A stretch of 43,198 bases of DNA, taken from the IMG/VR virus record IMGVR_UViG_3300031953_000037, positions 1 to 43,198 of that record. One strand, written 5' to 3'. The notes beneath the pieces were generated by a model that worked only from the letters and a program-made list of their open reading frames with translations, was not told the origin of the DNA and did no database searches. The DNA comes from a virus. Its lineage: Duplodnaviria > Caudoviricetes. This document shows positions 19,701 through 28,559 of the stretch, in pieces; the first letter of the stretch is position 1, and each line of letters opens with the position of its first letter. A program made the position numbers and the translations under genes.

Positions 19701-22700
19701 GCCGGATATTGCGGCAATTAGGACTTTGAACGAGACCGGCGAGCGTATCAATCGCGCCGCGCTGATCGACCTCTATGGATCGGATCGAGTGCTGAAGCTG
19801 CTGCCGCGCAGTAAGACGGCGATGTATGCAGAAGACGGTTCGGTTCATCCCGACGCCCTGGCGGATGCTGTCGGGGCTCGTTCTGGGGAAGCCTTGGTCA
19901 ACGCGCTCATGTCGAACCAGGCAGAGCGCCAAGCCCGCAAGGTTCAGGGCGACAATCGATCGGTGCGTGATGCTCGGATTGAAGACCGCCTCGATGCAGA
20001 AATGGAATTCCTGCACGGCGACCCGCTGAACGATGGGACGATGGAGGAAGAGGCGCTGAATGCGGTGCATGAGAAGCGCCGCGCTGCGCTCTTGGCGACG
20101 GAGGCTTCCCAACTGGCAAAGCTGGCTGGAACGAAAGCCTTGTGGACCCGCGAGGGGATCGAGGCCTATGCGAATGACACCATCCGCGACGCCCGCGCAT
20201 CTAAACTTCGGCCTGGGGCGTATCTCCGCGCTGAACGCAAGGCTGGTATCGACGCACAACGGGCATTGCTGAAGGGCGATCACGCCACGGCGCTAGATGC
20301 GAAGCTTCTCCAGTCGGTTAACTTCGCTCTGTATCGCTCCGCGCTCGACGCTCAGGAAAGCATCGAGAAAGGCGAAGCCCTGTTTGCGCGTGTGATCTCG
20401 GCGAAAGAGAAGACCGGCGCCAAGGCTCGGAATTGGGACATCGTTACTTCGGCCCGCTCGATCCTCGCTGGCTATGGCTTGGCGCGTAAAGGTGGTGAGC
20501 CGGTCGCAAACTACATGGCGGCATTGAAGGCCTACGACCCTGACGCCTGGGCTGCTCTGGATGAGACGGTCACGGATGCGCTCGCCATCGCCAAGCCGGT
20601 TGATGAGCTGACCGTGGGTGAGTTCCAAGACCTGACGGCGACGATTGACCAGATGTGGCAACTTTCTCGCGAGACGCAGAATAGCGTGATCGAGGGCCGA
20701 CAGGTTGAGAACGCTGAAATCCGTGCCGCCCTGGTTCAGGAGTTGTCAAAGGATGGCCCGCCGAAGGAACGGCCGGGCAAGTCCCAGGCAGTCACCAAGG
20801 CCGAACGTCGCAACCGCGCTCTGTGGTCTGTCCGCAACTTCTTCGGACGCGCCGAAGAGTGGGCTCTGCGTCGCGGGCCTGACTTCACGAAATACGTTTG
20901 GCGACCTGTCAGTCAGGCCGGTGACGCCTATAGGACGCTTCAGCGTGAACACCTCCCTGCTTTGCAGGCTGCGCTTGAGACGCTCGCCCAGGACGTTCAC
21001 AAGGTTCGACGGATTGAGGCTCCTGAAATCGGCTACACTTTTGGGGCGAGCGAGATCACGGGTGTAATGGAGATTGTCGGCGCCCTGCGTCACGTCGGTA
21101 ACGAATCGAACTATCGCAAGCTGCTGTTGGGCAGGGAGTGGGCGACGCAGAACGCAGAAGGCGTTCTTGATGACAGTCGTTTCCGCGCCATGCTCGATAG
21201 GTTCCATCGAGAAGGCGTGATCAAGAAGCACCATTGGGATTACGTTCAGGCCGAGTGGGACCTTCATGAAACAGTGAAGCCAGAGGTACAGCGCGCCCAT
21301 CGCCGCATGACAGGCTCGTATTTCGCGGAGATCACGGCGGCGCCGGTCACGACGCCATTCGGCGTTTACGCTGGCGGGTATGTCCCCGCCAAGGTCGATC
21401 CCGAGATCGATAGCCGCGCTGCCGAGTTTGATGTTCAGAGCATCCTGTCTGGCGGCACAAATGGGTCGTTCAGCTTCCCGGCCGCATCGAGCGGCGCCAC
21501 CAAGAGCCGGGTCGAATACAACGCCCCGCTGAACCTCGACGTTCGGCAAGCGATCAGTCAGTTCAGCGAGGTCATGCGCTACGCCACGCTCGGTCCCGCT
21601 GTGCAGGACGTGAGTCGTATCCTGCGTGAGAAAGAATTCGCCGCCACGCTGGATGCCTACGATCGCGATGTGTGGTCGGAGTTCCTTCAGCCCTGGCTCA
21701 CGCGCGCCGTCTCCCAGCGGGTCACTACGCAGGCCACAAGTCAGTGGGGAAGGATGGGCGAGCGCGCACTGAATACCGTTGCCTCTCGCACTGGCACGGC
21801 GATCATGATGGGTAATGTGCTGAACGCTGCTCAGCAGTTCACCGGTCTAGCGCCCGCTGCTCTCCGTACCGGCAAGACGAACCTCGCAAATTCGATGCGT
21901 CAGTATATCGCCAATCCTGCGGCCATGACGCGGAGGGTCACGGAATTGTCGCCCATGATGGCGAACCGCATGGGCACGCAGATGCGGGACCTGACGGATG
22001 CTGCTCGCGACATTTCGATTGCGCCAGGCGCGGTCGAGAAGGCCGTTAACTTCACCGATCGGCACAAGTATTTCCTTCAGACCGGCGTGCAAAATATGCT
22101 CGATCCGATGATTTGGACTGCGGCCTATAACCGGGCGCTGGAGCGTAGCGAAGAGAACCCGGTCGCCTATGCCGACATGGTTATCCGCACCACCCAAGAC
22201 AGCTACGCCGCCGAGGGCGCAACAAACTTCGCAGCGGGGCCAGCATGGGCCAACGCCCTGAAGATGTTCACTGGTTATTTCGTTGGTCAAGCCAACCTCC
22301 TTGCGACCGAGGTGTCTCGCACCAAGGGCATGAAGCCTGTGGCAAAGGCGGCGCGGCTGGCTGAGATTTACACCCTAGGGGTGTTCATCACGGCTGTCGG
22401 ATCTGAAGCCATCATGGAGGCCCTGGCCGGCGAGTTGGGGGATGAAGATAAAGACGGATGGTGGGACGACATTTCCGATCTCTTCCTCATGTCGCAGATT
22501 CGATACATTTTGGCCTTCGTGCCGATTGGTGGAGCGGTCGCAAACTCTGTTCTCAACCGGTTTGACGATCGCCCCTACAACGACAAGCTCTCACTTTCGC
22601 CGGTTACGTCGTCGGTCGAGGCCCTCGGAAGCGCGGCCATTGATGTGAAGAAGGGTCTCGATGGCAAGGGCGATGCGAGCCAGACGGTGAAGGACTTCGG

Positions 22701-22857
22701 CTCCCTGATCACCACATTCAAAGGCCTACCTACGTTCCCGAAGCAAACCGGGTATGTTGCAGATGTGCTTGAGGGTGATGTAAAGCCAACGTCTGGCGCC
22801 GATGCTGTGCGTGGGTTTATCAGCGGTCGGGCTTCCAAGGAATCGAGGACGGACTGA
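16702..22857 (+). CDS. Large internal virion/DNA-ejection protein (2051 aa) with an HExxH motif
   Basis: Position after the SLT protein; STFLHEISH...HELWAR. Confidence 0.8.
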   Translation: MTDSFITAAAREDTQRRAQRSTALVSDVDPVRMARAQRNAQVLGMPADVIYSDPSYDREAQTVRNQTALATAPKTAAFLADENNAAVAHDQVEGLSGIEGLVDGVFGRGKWDTNVDVARRFGGDLLTGLGSGFSGVARTLDTADRRIPRVVQDSGLTRLLNRSLIGGLNDLGLSFKTVGADVAGSAIPAQPAGVAYDRRFPAASGRDTGLAGDVVGGLGQISGQVLVAAGTGGTATLPFLYGQGVDQMDDRVRAAMVREGRTERSVTDDLAAQGGGVVTAVTEKIGLDRILSAVPSSVRNRVLGRLTDIAIAGVTEGSTEALEQVGQNALAINLLGEDAKGGLGYIDQAAEQGGTASLIGAIARLAVTAAVPGVQHVRTQAAAVQATAQHTEFEKAVEAVTSNPLLERAPERLRQFLAGATDNANVYVPAEAAREFFQSHPDLNQWLDEWDIRDQYEQALTAGTDIEIPTATYLTQIAPSEAHAAFSQDLKLAPDAMSLREAKTFEAEGEANLSASVDSALQSGVQEQANEAPTERVRADIFEQLRGAGVSVEVARQNAVLVASRARTRAERSPGLYADAWEAYTADGGLRVQAEVPASVQRERDRLDVVMEVMRNRSAQPTQRTLKGQSLLQFLSDNGGVVDTGGELAAMGAGAFNRPSQGGRRGARPIIRTEGGNAFGSDYAAQRAVEAGYLPEGSDGNALFAAMREELAGRPVYSASYARDAQAETTLEAAADLEALLPTLGLDATATNEEIRAAIQKMGDAPVGGLNQDDDAIGPKRGNITFTDAGATITLFRAKDRSTFLHEISHKWLDELVIDGTAENASPEVKADMDKVLSWFSENAGHPITVDDIGVDQHELWARGGEVFFMEGKAPSAELRPAFRRFTEWLKGVYRSVLSLNAPVSQPVREVMGRLIATDVEIATAQEAQALNRLFSTPEAAGMTKDEYARYTAADSVATAEASARLMKTAMTKLRRERTLEWKNERESLRERQTEIVDQLPDIAAIRTLNETGERINRAALIDLYGSDRVLKLLPRSKTAMYAEDGSVHPDALADAVGARSGEALVNALMSNQAERQARKVQGDNRSVRDARIEDRLDAEMEFLHGDPLNDGTMEEEALNAVHEKRRAALLATEASQLAKLAGTKALWTREGIEAYANDTIRDARASKLRPGAYLRAERKAGIDAQRALLKGDHATALDAKLLQSVNFALYRSALDAQESIEKGEALFARVISAKEKTGAKARNWDIVTSARSILAGYGLARKGGEPVANYMAALKAYDPDAWAALDETVTDALAIAKPVDELTVGEFQDLTATIDQMWQLSRETQNSVIEGRQVENAEIRAALVQELSKDGPPKERPGKSQAVTKAERRNRALWSVRNFFGRAEEWALRRGPDFTKYVWRPVSQAGDAYRTLQREHLPALQAALETLAQDVHKVRRIEAPEIGYTFGASEITGVMEIVGALRHVGNESNYRKLLLGREWATQNAEGVLDDSRFRAMLDRFHREGVIKKHHWDYVQAEWDLHETVKPEVQRAHRRMTGSYFAEITAAPVTTPFGVYAGGYVPAKVDPEIDSRAAEFDVQSILSGGTNGSFSFPAASSGATKSRVEYNAPLNLDVRQAISQFSEVMRYATLGPAVQDVSRILREKEFAATLDAYDRDVWSEFLQPWLTRAVSQRVTTQATSQWGRMGERALNTVASRTGTAIMMGNVLNAAQQFTGLAPAALRTGKTNLANSMRQYIANPAAMTRRVTELSPMMANRMGTQMRDLTDAARDISIAPGAVEKAVNFTDRHKYFLQTGVQNMLDPMIWTAAYNRALERSEENPVAYADMVIRTTQDSYAAEGATNFAAGPAWANALKMFTGYFVGQANLLATEVSRTKGMKPVAKAARLAEIYTLGVFITAVGSEAIMEALAGELGDEDKDGWWDDISDLFLMSQIRYILAFVPIGGAVANSVLNRFDDRPYNDKLSLSPVTSSVEALGSAAIDVKKGLDGKGDASQTVKDFGSLITTFKGLPTFPKQTGYVADVLEGDVKPTSGADAVRGFISGRASKESRTD

Positions 22858-22970
22858 TGAACGCCTATGATGTAGTTTTGATTGTCGCGGCAAGCCTCAC
22901 AATTGTGGGCGGCCTGTTTCTGATTGTTGGCGGGCTGTTTGGCGGATCGCGGGATAACCAGAAGAAGTGA
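22857..22970 (+). CDS. 37-aa single-TM protein MNAYDVVLIVAASLTIVGGLFLIVGGLFGGSRDNQKK
   Basis: TGATG overlap; GAGGA RBS; hydrophobic span with a basic tail. Confidence 0.55.
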   Translation: MNAYDVVLIVAASLTIVGGLFLIVGGLFGGSRDNQKK

Positions 22971-23023
22971 CTTCTGGCCTCTCTCGTTGTAACGGGTAGG
23001 CGAGAGGCAACGGAGCGGCGCTG

Positions 23024-23308
23024 ATGATCTGGCTGACATGGGCGGCTTTGCTGGCCTGGGCGGGGGTGGTGTTTTACATGGCCCCCTCTGCCTTGAGCAT
23101 CTACGTCAAGACGGCGAGGGTGAACGATCCGTTTCGGTTCGTCTGCCTGCTGTTCGGCCTGATCTCTATCGCTGGCCTGGGTCGGCGCATTGCGGTCATC
23201 CCTGGTGATGGCGACTGGCTGCTGGTCGGTGTGCTGCTGGCGCATATCGCAGTCGCCAGCCTGTCCATCATTTTCGCTCAAGCGCGCGGGCGGGGTGATC
23301 GTGTCTGA
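23024..23308 (+). CDS. Three-TM membrane protein (holin-like)
   Basis: GGAG RBS; three hydrophobic segments; at the head of the lysis cassette. Confidence 0.6.
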   Translation: MIWLTWAALLAWAGVVFYMAPSALSIYVKTARVNDPFRFVCLLFGLISIAGLGRRIAVIPGDGDWLLVGVLLAHIAVASLSIIFAQARGRGDRV

Positions 23309-23795
23309 CGGTATCATTGAGGCCATCGGCGGTTCGCTCGGAAGTAGCGTTGCGCGAGCGCCGTGGGGCTGGGGCGTCCTCATCATTCTCGTGGGCTTCT
23401 TCGTTCGCCTTCGCCCAATCATGGCGAAGCTGGCGCAGGACCGAGAAGCCTCATTGCTGGCGGGGCGCGCGGCGGATAATGCCGAACTTCGGGGCCGCGT
23501 CGAGGAACTTGAGCGCAGGCTCGAACAAGATCGGACGCAGTTTGAAACGCAGCGGATGATCGACCGTCACCGCATTAACAACCTGACGCAATGCCTCGAC
23601 GCCTTGCTGATGCTGCTGGAAGTCGCGCCTGAGAAGGCGGCGCAACACGTCGCCAAGATCAAGGAAATGCGGACGCAGCAGACCCACAACGAGACGTTGG
23701 AAAAAAGCACGGTTCAGGCGGCGGCTGTAGCTACCGCCGTGACGCCGCATCCCGTCACCTTCCTTCAGGCAGGACATGACCGCAATGAGGCGTGA
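23301..23795 (+). CDS. TM plus coiled-coil lysis-cassette protein
   Basis: GTG start after GGGGTGA; N-terminal TM; ELRGRVEELERRLEQ coil. Confidence 0.6.
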   Translation: MSDGIIEAIGGSLGSSVARAPWGWGVLIILVGFFVRLRPIMAKLAQDREASLLAGRAADNAELRGRVEELERRLEQDRTQFETQRMIDRHRINNLTQCLDALLMLLEVAPEKAAQHVAKIKEMRTQQTHNETLEKSTVQAAAVATAVTPHPVTFLQAGHDRNEA

Positions 23796-24066
23796 TTATC
23801 AGACGCTCGATGCCATCGTGGTCATCGCCTCCCTGTTCATCATCGGGGGCGCCGTCTCTGGCTTGATGTTTCTCGACGTGCCACAGAACAACCTCCCCAT
23901 CGTGGCGAGCCTTCTGGGTACGCTACTAGGGACCATCGTCGGCGGTTACGCGGGCTTCCGCTGGGGCGCGTCTGTCGCTCAGAAGCAAAGCAATGATGCG
24001 CTGGCTCAAATCGCAGGCGCTGGGCCGCCGCCGCCTGAACTTCCTATGGATGATGAAACCGCATGA
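23785..24066 (+). CDS. Two-TM holin candidate
   Basis: Two TM helices, YAGFRWGAS motif; directly before the endolysin. Confidence 0.65.
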   Translation: MRRDYQTLDAIVVIASLFIIGGAVSGLMFLDVPQNNLPIVASLLGTLLGTIVGGYAGFRWGASVAQKQSNDALAQIAGAGPPPPELPMDDETA

Positions 24067-24761
24067 GCAAGATCGAAGCGAATGAAGCCCTTGCGCGCGC
24101 CGTTCAGAAATGGCTCGGCGTGAAGATCGACGGCTGGGGTGGCGACGAGACCATGCGGGCTTTCCGCGAGAAGACGGGCCAGGAGGCTGATAGCGGCATT
24201 CACGCGCTTTCGGACCCCGATGCCTTCTATGCGTCTGTGCGGGCTTCTTTCGGGCCGCTGAAGGAGATCGCTCAGGTCGCTGGCTTCAACTTCCTGTTGG
24301 CTGCGATGAAGGCCTGGCCGGTCGAGTGGGCGGCCTATGGGCTGGCAACTGCTTGGCACGAGACCGGAACCAAGATGCAGCCGATCCGTGAGCTGGGCGG
24401 GAACGCCTATCTGTCGAAGTATGACACGGGTTCTCTGGCTGCTGCGCTCGGCAACACGCCTGCTGCTGACGGCGACGGCCAACTCTACGCCGGCCGTGGC
24501 TATGTGCAGATCACGGGCCGCGCCAACTACCGCAAGTTCGGCATCGAGGCGACGCCCGACGATGCGCTCAAGCCTGACGTGGCTGCGCGGATCATGGTCG
24601 AGGGAATGGAAACCGGCGCCTTCACCGGCAAGGGCCTGAAGTCCTATCCGCTGGGCCACTACACGGACTATCGACGCGTGATCAACGGCCAGGACAAGGC
24701 CGCGCTGATCGCCGGCTATGCCGTAAAGTTTGAAAATGCGCTGCGCGCGGGAGGCTGGTGA
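24063..24761 (+). CDS. Endolysin, GH19 (chitinase-like), with a short peptidoglycan-binding N-terminus
   Basis: VQKWLGVKIDG.GG.ET; AYGLATAWHET; YAGRGYVQITGRANY; RRVING. Confidence 0.88.
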   Translation: MSKIEANEALARAVQKWLGVKIDGWGGDETMRAFREKTGQEADSGIHALSDPDAFYASVRASFGPLKEIAQVAGFNFLLAAMKAWPVEWAAYGLATAWHETGTKMQPIRELGGNAYLSKYDTGSLAAALGNTPAADGDGQLYAGRGYVQITGRANYRKFGIEATPDDALKPDVAARIMVEGMETGAFTGKGLKSYPLGHYTDYRRVINGQDKAALIAGYAVKFENALRAGGW

Positions 24762-25105
24762 TGTTCGGCTTGGACAAGACGGCCTCTCGCATTGTGGGAG
24801 CGATGATCACCCTGGCGCTGTTGTGCCTGGTCGGCTTCACCTTCGGCTATTGCGCCCAAAGCGCGCGGCTGAAAGCGGCGAAGGGTGACGCGGCTATGTC
24901 GCAGGGCAGAACCGTATCGGCCGGCGAGGCGATCAAGGAAATCGGAGACCTGGGCGACCGGGGACAAATCATAGATGCTGAAGTGAAAGGCGCCCAAGAT
25001 GCAATCCGCCAAGCCCCTGCTGCTGACCGCGATCGTGTTGCTCGCTATCAGCTCTGCCTCGTGCAGCACCGTACCAATTGCGACGGGCTGCTCGACCCTA
25101 GCTGA
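24761..25105 (+). CDS. i-spanin (Rz-like)
   Basis: N-terminal TM then helical domain; follows the endolysin. Confidence 0.7.
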   Translation: MFGLDKTASRIVGAMITLALLCLVGFTFGYCAQSARLKAAKGDAAMSQGRTVSAGEAIKEIGDLGDRGQIIDAEVKGAQDAIRQAPAADRDRVARYQLCLVQHRTNCDGLLDPS

Positions 25106-25319
25106 AGGCGTCCTCACGCGCGAAACGCCCCATGCTGACATCGGCGTGGAGACGGCTGAGCCTGCGCTCGATTGGCAACTGTTTGGGGTCGCTGAGAGCG
25201 GCCAACTGAACAAGGCCAATGACGACAAGAAGACGGGTTTCAGGATCGTCCAGCTTTGCGAGGCCAGGGACGAGGCGAACCGCGCCAAGCTGAACCGTCC
25301 CTTCTGGCGTCTCTGGTAG
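24999..25319 (+). CDS. o-spanin lipoprotein (Rz1-like)
   Basis: Signal peptide ending in ASC; overlaps the 3' part of Rz in another frame. Confidence 0.7.
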   Translation: MQSAKPLLLTAIVLLAISSASCSTVPIATGCSTLAEGVLTRETPHADIGVETAEPALDWQLFGVAESGQLNKANDDKKTGFRIVQLCEARDEANRAKLNRPFWRLW

Positions 25320-25353
25320 AGGTCGGCCGTCTAGGGTAAACGGGGTCATCTAT

Positions 25354-25372
25354 TACGTCGCGAGACGCTAGG
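25354..25372 (+). promoter_or_regulatory. Third copy of the GNRA hairpin motif
   Basis: TACGTCGCGAGACGCTAGG, 9 nt before the HNH ATG. Confidence 0.65.
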
Positions 25373-25381
25373 GACGATGCC

Positions 25382-25906
25382 ATGACCCGCGAAGATGTCC
25401 TTGAACGAGTTTCCTATGACCCCGAGCGAGGGACCTTTTATCGCTTGGAGCGCAGCGGGCGCGGCGGATGTAGAGGGGGATTGGTCCCCACTCAGATTAA
25501 TCACGCTGGGTATCCAGTGCTGTCTGTCGCCTGTCGAAAGTTTTTGGCGCACCGCCTAGCGTGGCTGGTCATGACGGGCGAGGATCGGGATCCGTCGCTG
25601 CCCTTAGACCACATCAACGGAGATCGATCTGATTTCCGCTGGAATAACATTCGTGCTGCGACTCCCGCACTGAACACTCAAAATCGCGGGATCGGAAAAA
25701 ATAACACGAGTGGCGTTTTGGGCGTTTGTTGGGACAAGCAGTCTTCTAGGTGGAAGGCTCGTGTTAATCGGGACGGAAAGCAGAACGTCGTGATGAGCGA
25801 TTGCTTTGGCCGGGCGGTTCGAGCCCGCCGCGAGATGGAAAAAGTATATTTTGAACCGGGCTTTTGTGGGTCTAGACGGCCTGCCTACGCTGGAGAACTG
25901 CGATGA
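25382..25906 (+). CDS. HNH homing endonuclease with AP2-like domain
   Basis: AHRLAW, DHINGDRSD.RWNN, NNTSGVLGVCW....RWKA. Confidence 0.9.
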   Translation: MTREDVLERVSYDPERGTFYRLERSGRGGCRGGLVPTQINHAGYPVLSVACRKFLAHRLAWLVMTGEDRDPSLPLDHINGDRSDFRWNNIRAATPALNTQNRGIGKNNTSGVLGVCWDKQSSRWKARVNRDGKQNVVMSDCFGRAVRARREMEKVYFEPGFCGSRRPAYAGELR

Positions 25907-28203
25907 CGGTGACCGTGACCAACATCGTTGCCGGTCCCTTCGCCGCAACGGGCGCAGAACAGACGGTCTCCTTTGACTACAAGGTGTTTTCACCCTCTGA
26001 GGTCGAGGTCGTCACTGGTGTTGGATCGTCTCAAGTCACTGTTGATCCCGGCCTCTACACGGTCAACCGGAACATGGCTCTCGACGGCCAGGTTCTTGAG
26101 GGTGGGACCATCGTTCTGTCGGCCGGTGCGGTGGCTGTCGGCGTTTCGATGCGCGTCATCGCCAAGCCGAAACTTACGCAAGAACAAGTTTGGTCGGACA
26201 CATCGTCTCGGCTGAAGAACTTGAACGAGGGCTTGGACCGCGCGGCTCTGCGGGCGCAGCGCGCGGCCTATGACGGGGCGCTTGAGGGAGCGGGCGCTGA
26301 GCTGATCTCCCAGGCCGAGGAAGCGGGGGCCGCTGCTGGTGCGGCGGCCGTCAACAATCTGGCTGTGCGCCTCGATGGGTCCAACATCACTGAAGACGTG
26401 GGCGAAACCCTGTTCGATGCGATCGGTGCGCCTGCCTATATTCGCGAGTTCTCCAACAGCCGGATCGCCAATACGTCGGATTATGCCGGCTATGACTATT
26501 CGGGGAATAACTCGAACGTCGGCCCGCTCCAGGAGGCGATCAACGAGACATCGGCGGCGGGCGCTTCTCTACGAACGCAGGGCGGGGTTTCGACCCTGGA
26601 TGCTCCGATCTATCTGCGACCGGGAACAAAGATCGAGACAGGCGGTGCGGTGGCCGATGGTTATGGCAACAAGACCGATGAGTTTCGGCGCGGCGTGTTC
26701 AATGCCGCGCATAACGGGCACGCCTTCATCGTGGACAATGGCCGATCCGCGCCGGGCGGCCGGGTGTCTGGAATCACGGTCCTTCGCCCCCAGCCTGCTG
26801 TTCCTACATCGGGTAGCTGGACGCCGAACGAGGCTTGCCTTGCAGACTTCAAGGTCGATCTTGGCAATGACTGGCAGTTTGACGACATTTGGCATCCGCA
26901 CTCGACGCGCGGCTATGATCTGAGCGGCGACCGCATCCGTCTGCGCGATATTCGGATCAACGCGTTTATGAGCATCGCGACGCTCGAACACTCCTACGAC
27001 AAGGATCTGTTCGAGAACATCCATCAATGGCCCTGGTGGAATCAGGACACCAAGGTTCTTGACTACTGCAAGGCCAACCTGAAATCCTACACCTTCGGCC
27101 GGTGCGATCACCCGACGCTGCGGTCATGCTTCTCCATCGTCAACCGCACATTCATGACGATCAAGCAAAGCGTGACGCGCACCATCGTTGCGTCCTCGTT
27201 CACGGCCTCCATCGCCGGCAACGTCATGACCGTATCGGCCGTGTCGAGCGGTTCGATCACGGTCGGCCGGGTCATCACCGGGACTGGCGTGACGGCGGGT
27301 CAGCGGGTCACGGCGCTTGGTCCGAACACGTTCGGCGGCGTTGGAACCTACTATGTCTCGAGCGGTCAAACCCTATCGTCGCGCACGATGGCGGGTGAAG
27401 CTGAGAGCTATCCGGGCGGCTCGGTTGCGCGCCTGATTGCATGGGACTTGGACGCCGACATTACCCGTACCTCGCTCCACATGGAAGCGGGCGTCACTGG
27501 CGGGTTCTCTGCCCAGATTTACGGGTTCGTTGCCCAGGGTGACAACAAGGCTGATCCTCAAATCCTTCTGGAAGGCAATCAGGCTGTCCTTGAAATCGAC
27601 GGCTTCAATTGCTTTGAAAACGGCGGTGGCGTGTTCGAGGCTCCCGGCATCAACAACCGGCTGAAGGTTCGCTATGACGTGGACTATAACCGCCTGAACA
27701 TGGGCGCGGAGGCCGTTCAGAACCTCGGTCCCGGCTCTCGCTTTGATCGTCTTCAGGGCTCAATCGCTCGCGACACTGGCGGCTTTGGAACCGGCGAGTG
27801 GGACGGCTCGGGCACGTTCACGGGTATGCACAAGGGCGTCCCGCACGTCATGGCGGTCGCGGCCCAGGATGCTCGTCCGATCACCTATACCAGCCAGGCG
27901 CTGGAGTGGATCGACATTGATGGGTGGGCGACGCTCTGGTTCAAGATCACTGTCACTGACGACGGATCTGGAAGCCCGACCGGTGGCCTGCTGACCAATG
28001 TTCGCACGGCGCCGCAAGATGATCTAGCTGAAGGCGCGGTCAGCTTCGGCGGTACGGGTTACGGTCTGAGCGCCCGCGCTCCTGCTGGGAGCCTTGGCCT
28101 GTCCATCCAAGACTACAACAACGCATGGCCTGCGCCGGCTGTCCCCGGTACGCCGTCTATTATCGTCGGCACGCTGCGCTATAAGACAGCCTTGGCCCAA
28201 TAG
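25903..28203 (+). CDS. Tailspike/tail fibre, probable beta-helix polysaccharide-binding or depolymerase protein
   Basis: Podophage tail-attachment N-terminus (GPF..TG...FDYKVF; GLDR); ENIHQWPWW; beta-rich body. Confidence 0.8.
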   Translation: MTVTVTNIVAGPFAATGAEQTVSFDYKVFSPSEVEVVTGVGSSQVTVDPGLYTVNRNMALDGQVLEGGTIVLSAGAVAVGVSMRVIAKPKLTQEQVWSDTSSRLKNLNEGLDRAALRAQRAAYDGALEGAGAELISQAEEAGAAAGAAAVNNLAVRLDGSNITEDVGETLFDAIGAPAYIREFSNSRIANTSDYAGYDYSGNNSNVGPLQEAINETSAAGASLRTQGGVSTLDAPIYLRPGTKIETGGAVADGYGNKTDEFRRGVFNAAHNGHAFIVDNGRSAPGGRVSGITVLRPQPAVPTSGSWTPNEACLADFKVDLGNDWQFDDIWHPHSTRGYDLSGDRIRLRDIRINAFMSIATLEHSYDKDLFENIHQWPWWNQDTKVLDYCKANLKSYTFGRCDHPTLRSCFSIVNRTFMTIKQSVTRTIVASSFTASIAGNVMTVSAVSSGSITVGRVITGTGVTAGQRVTALGPNTFGGVGTYYVSSGQTLSSRTMAGEAESYPGGSVARLIAWDLDADITRTSLHMEAGVTGGFSAQIYGFVAQGDNKADPQILLEGNQAVLEIDGFNCFENGGGVFEAPGINNRLKVRYDVDYNRLNMGAEAVQNLGPGSRFDRLQGSIARDTGGFGTGEWDGSGTFTGMHKGVPHVMAVAAQDARPITYTSQALEWIDIDGWATLWFKITVTDDGSGSPTGGLLTNVRTAPQDDLAEGAVSFGGTGYGLSARAPAGSLGLSIQDYNNAWPAPAVPGTPSIIVGTLRYKTALAQ

Positions 28204-28213
28204 GAGAGACATC

Positions 28214-28480
28214 GTGCAGCCATTTCAGGTCGCGGCCCTATACGCCGCTGAACAGCCCTACGACACCACGCTGAAACTCGGCGTGGACGGCTTTGAGATC
28301 GAGTCTAAGACGCAGCGCAATGCGATCAACTTTGGCGCTGTGGTGGGCATCCCGTTCGACGCGACTGCCGATGCTATCAAGGCCGCGATCGACGACTGCA
28401 TTGAACGAGTCAACGTCAAGATCGCGATGGTCGAGAACGCGACGCCTCACGATCCTCGAATGTCGCTGCCGGGGGCTTAA
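28214..28480 (+). CDS. Hypothetical protein, possible tailspike chaperone
   Basis: AGGAGAG RBS with GTG at 28214; directly after the tailspike. Confidence 0.6.
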   Translation: MQPFQVAALYAAEQPYDTTLKLGVDGFEIESKTQRNAINFGAVVGIPFDATADAIKAAIDDCIERVNVKIAMVENATPHDPRMSLPGA

Positions 28481-28559
28481 GCGGCGGGGGAGACCAAACG
28501 CCAGACGATGGCGGTGAGGCGAGGGTCACGACTGATTCCACGCTTTCCTGAATCTTCGA

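Noticed and set aside
25903-28480. Diversity-generating retroelement, as in BPP-1
   Set aside because: No reverse transcriptase ORF and no TR/VR pair differing at adenines was seen
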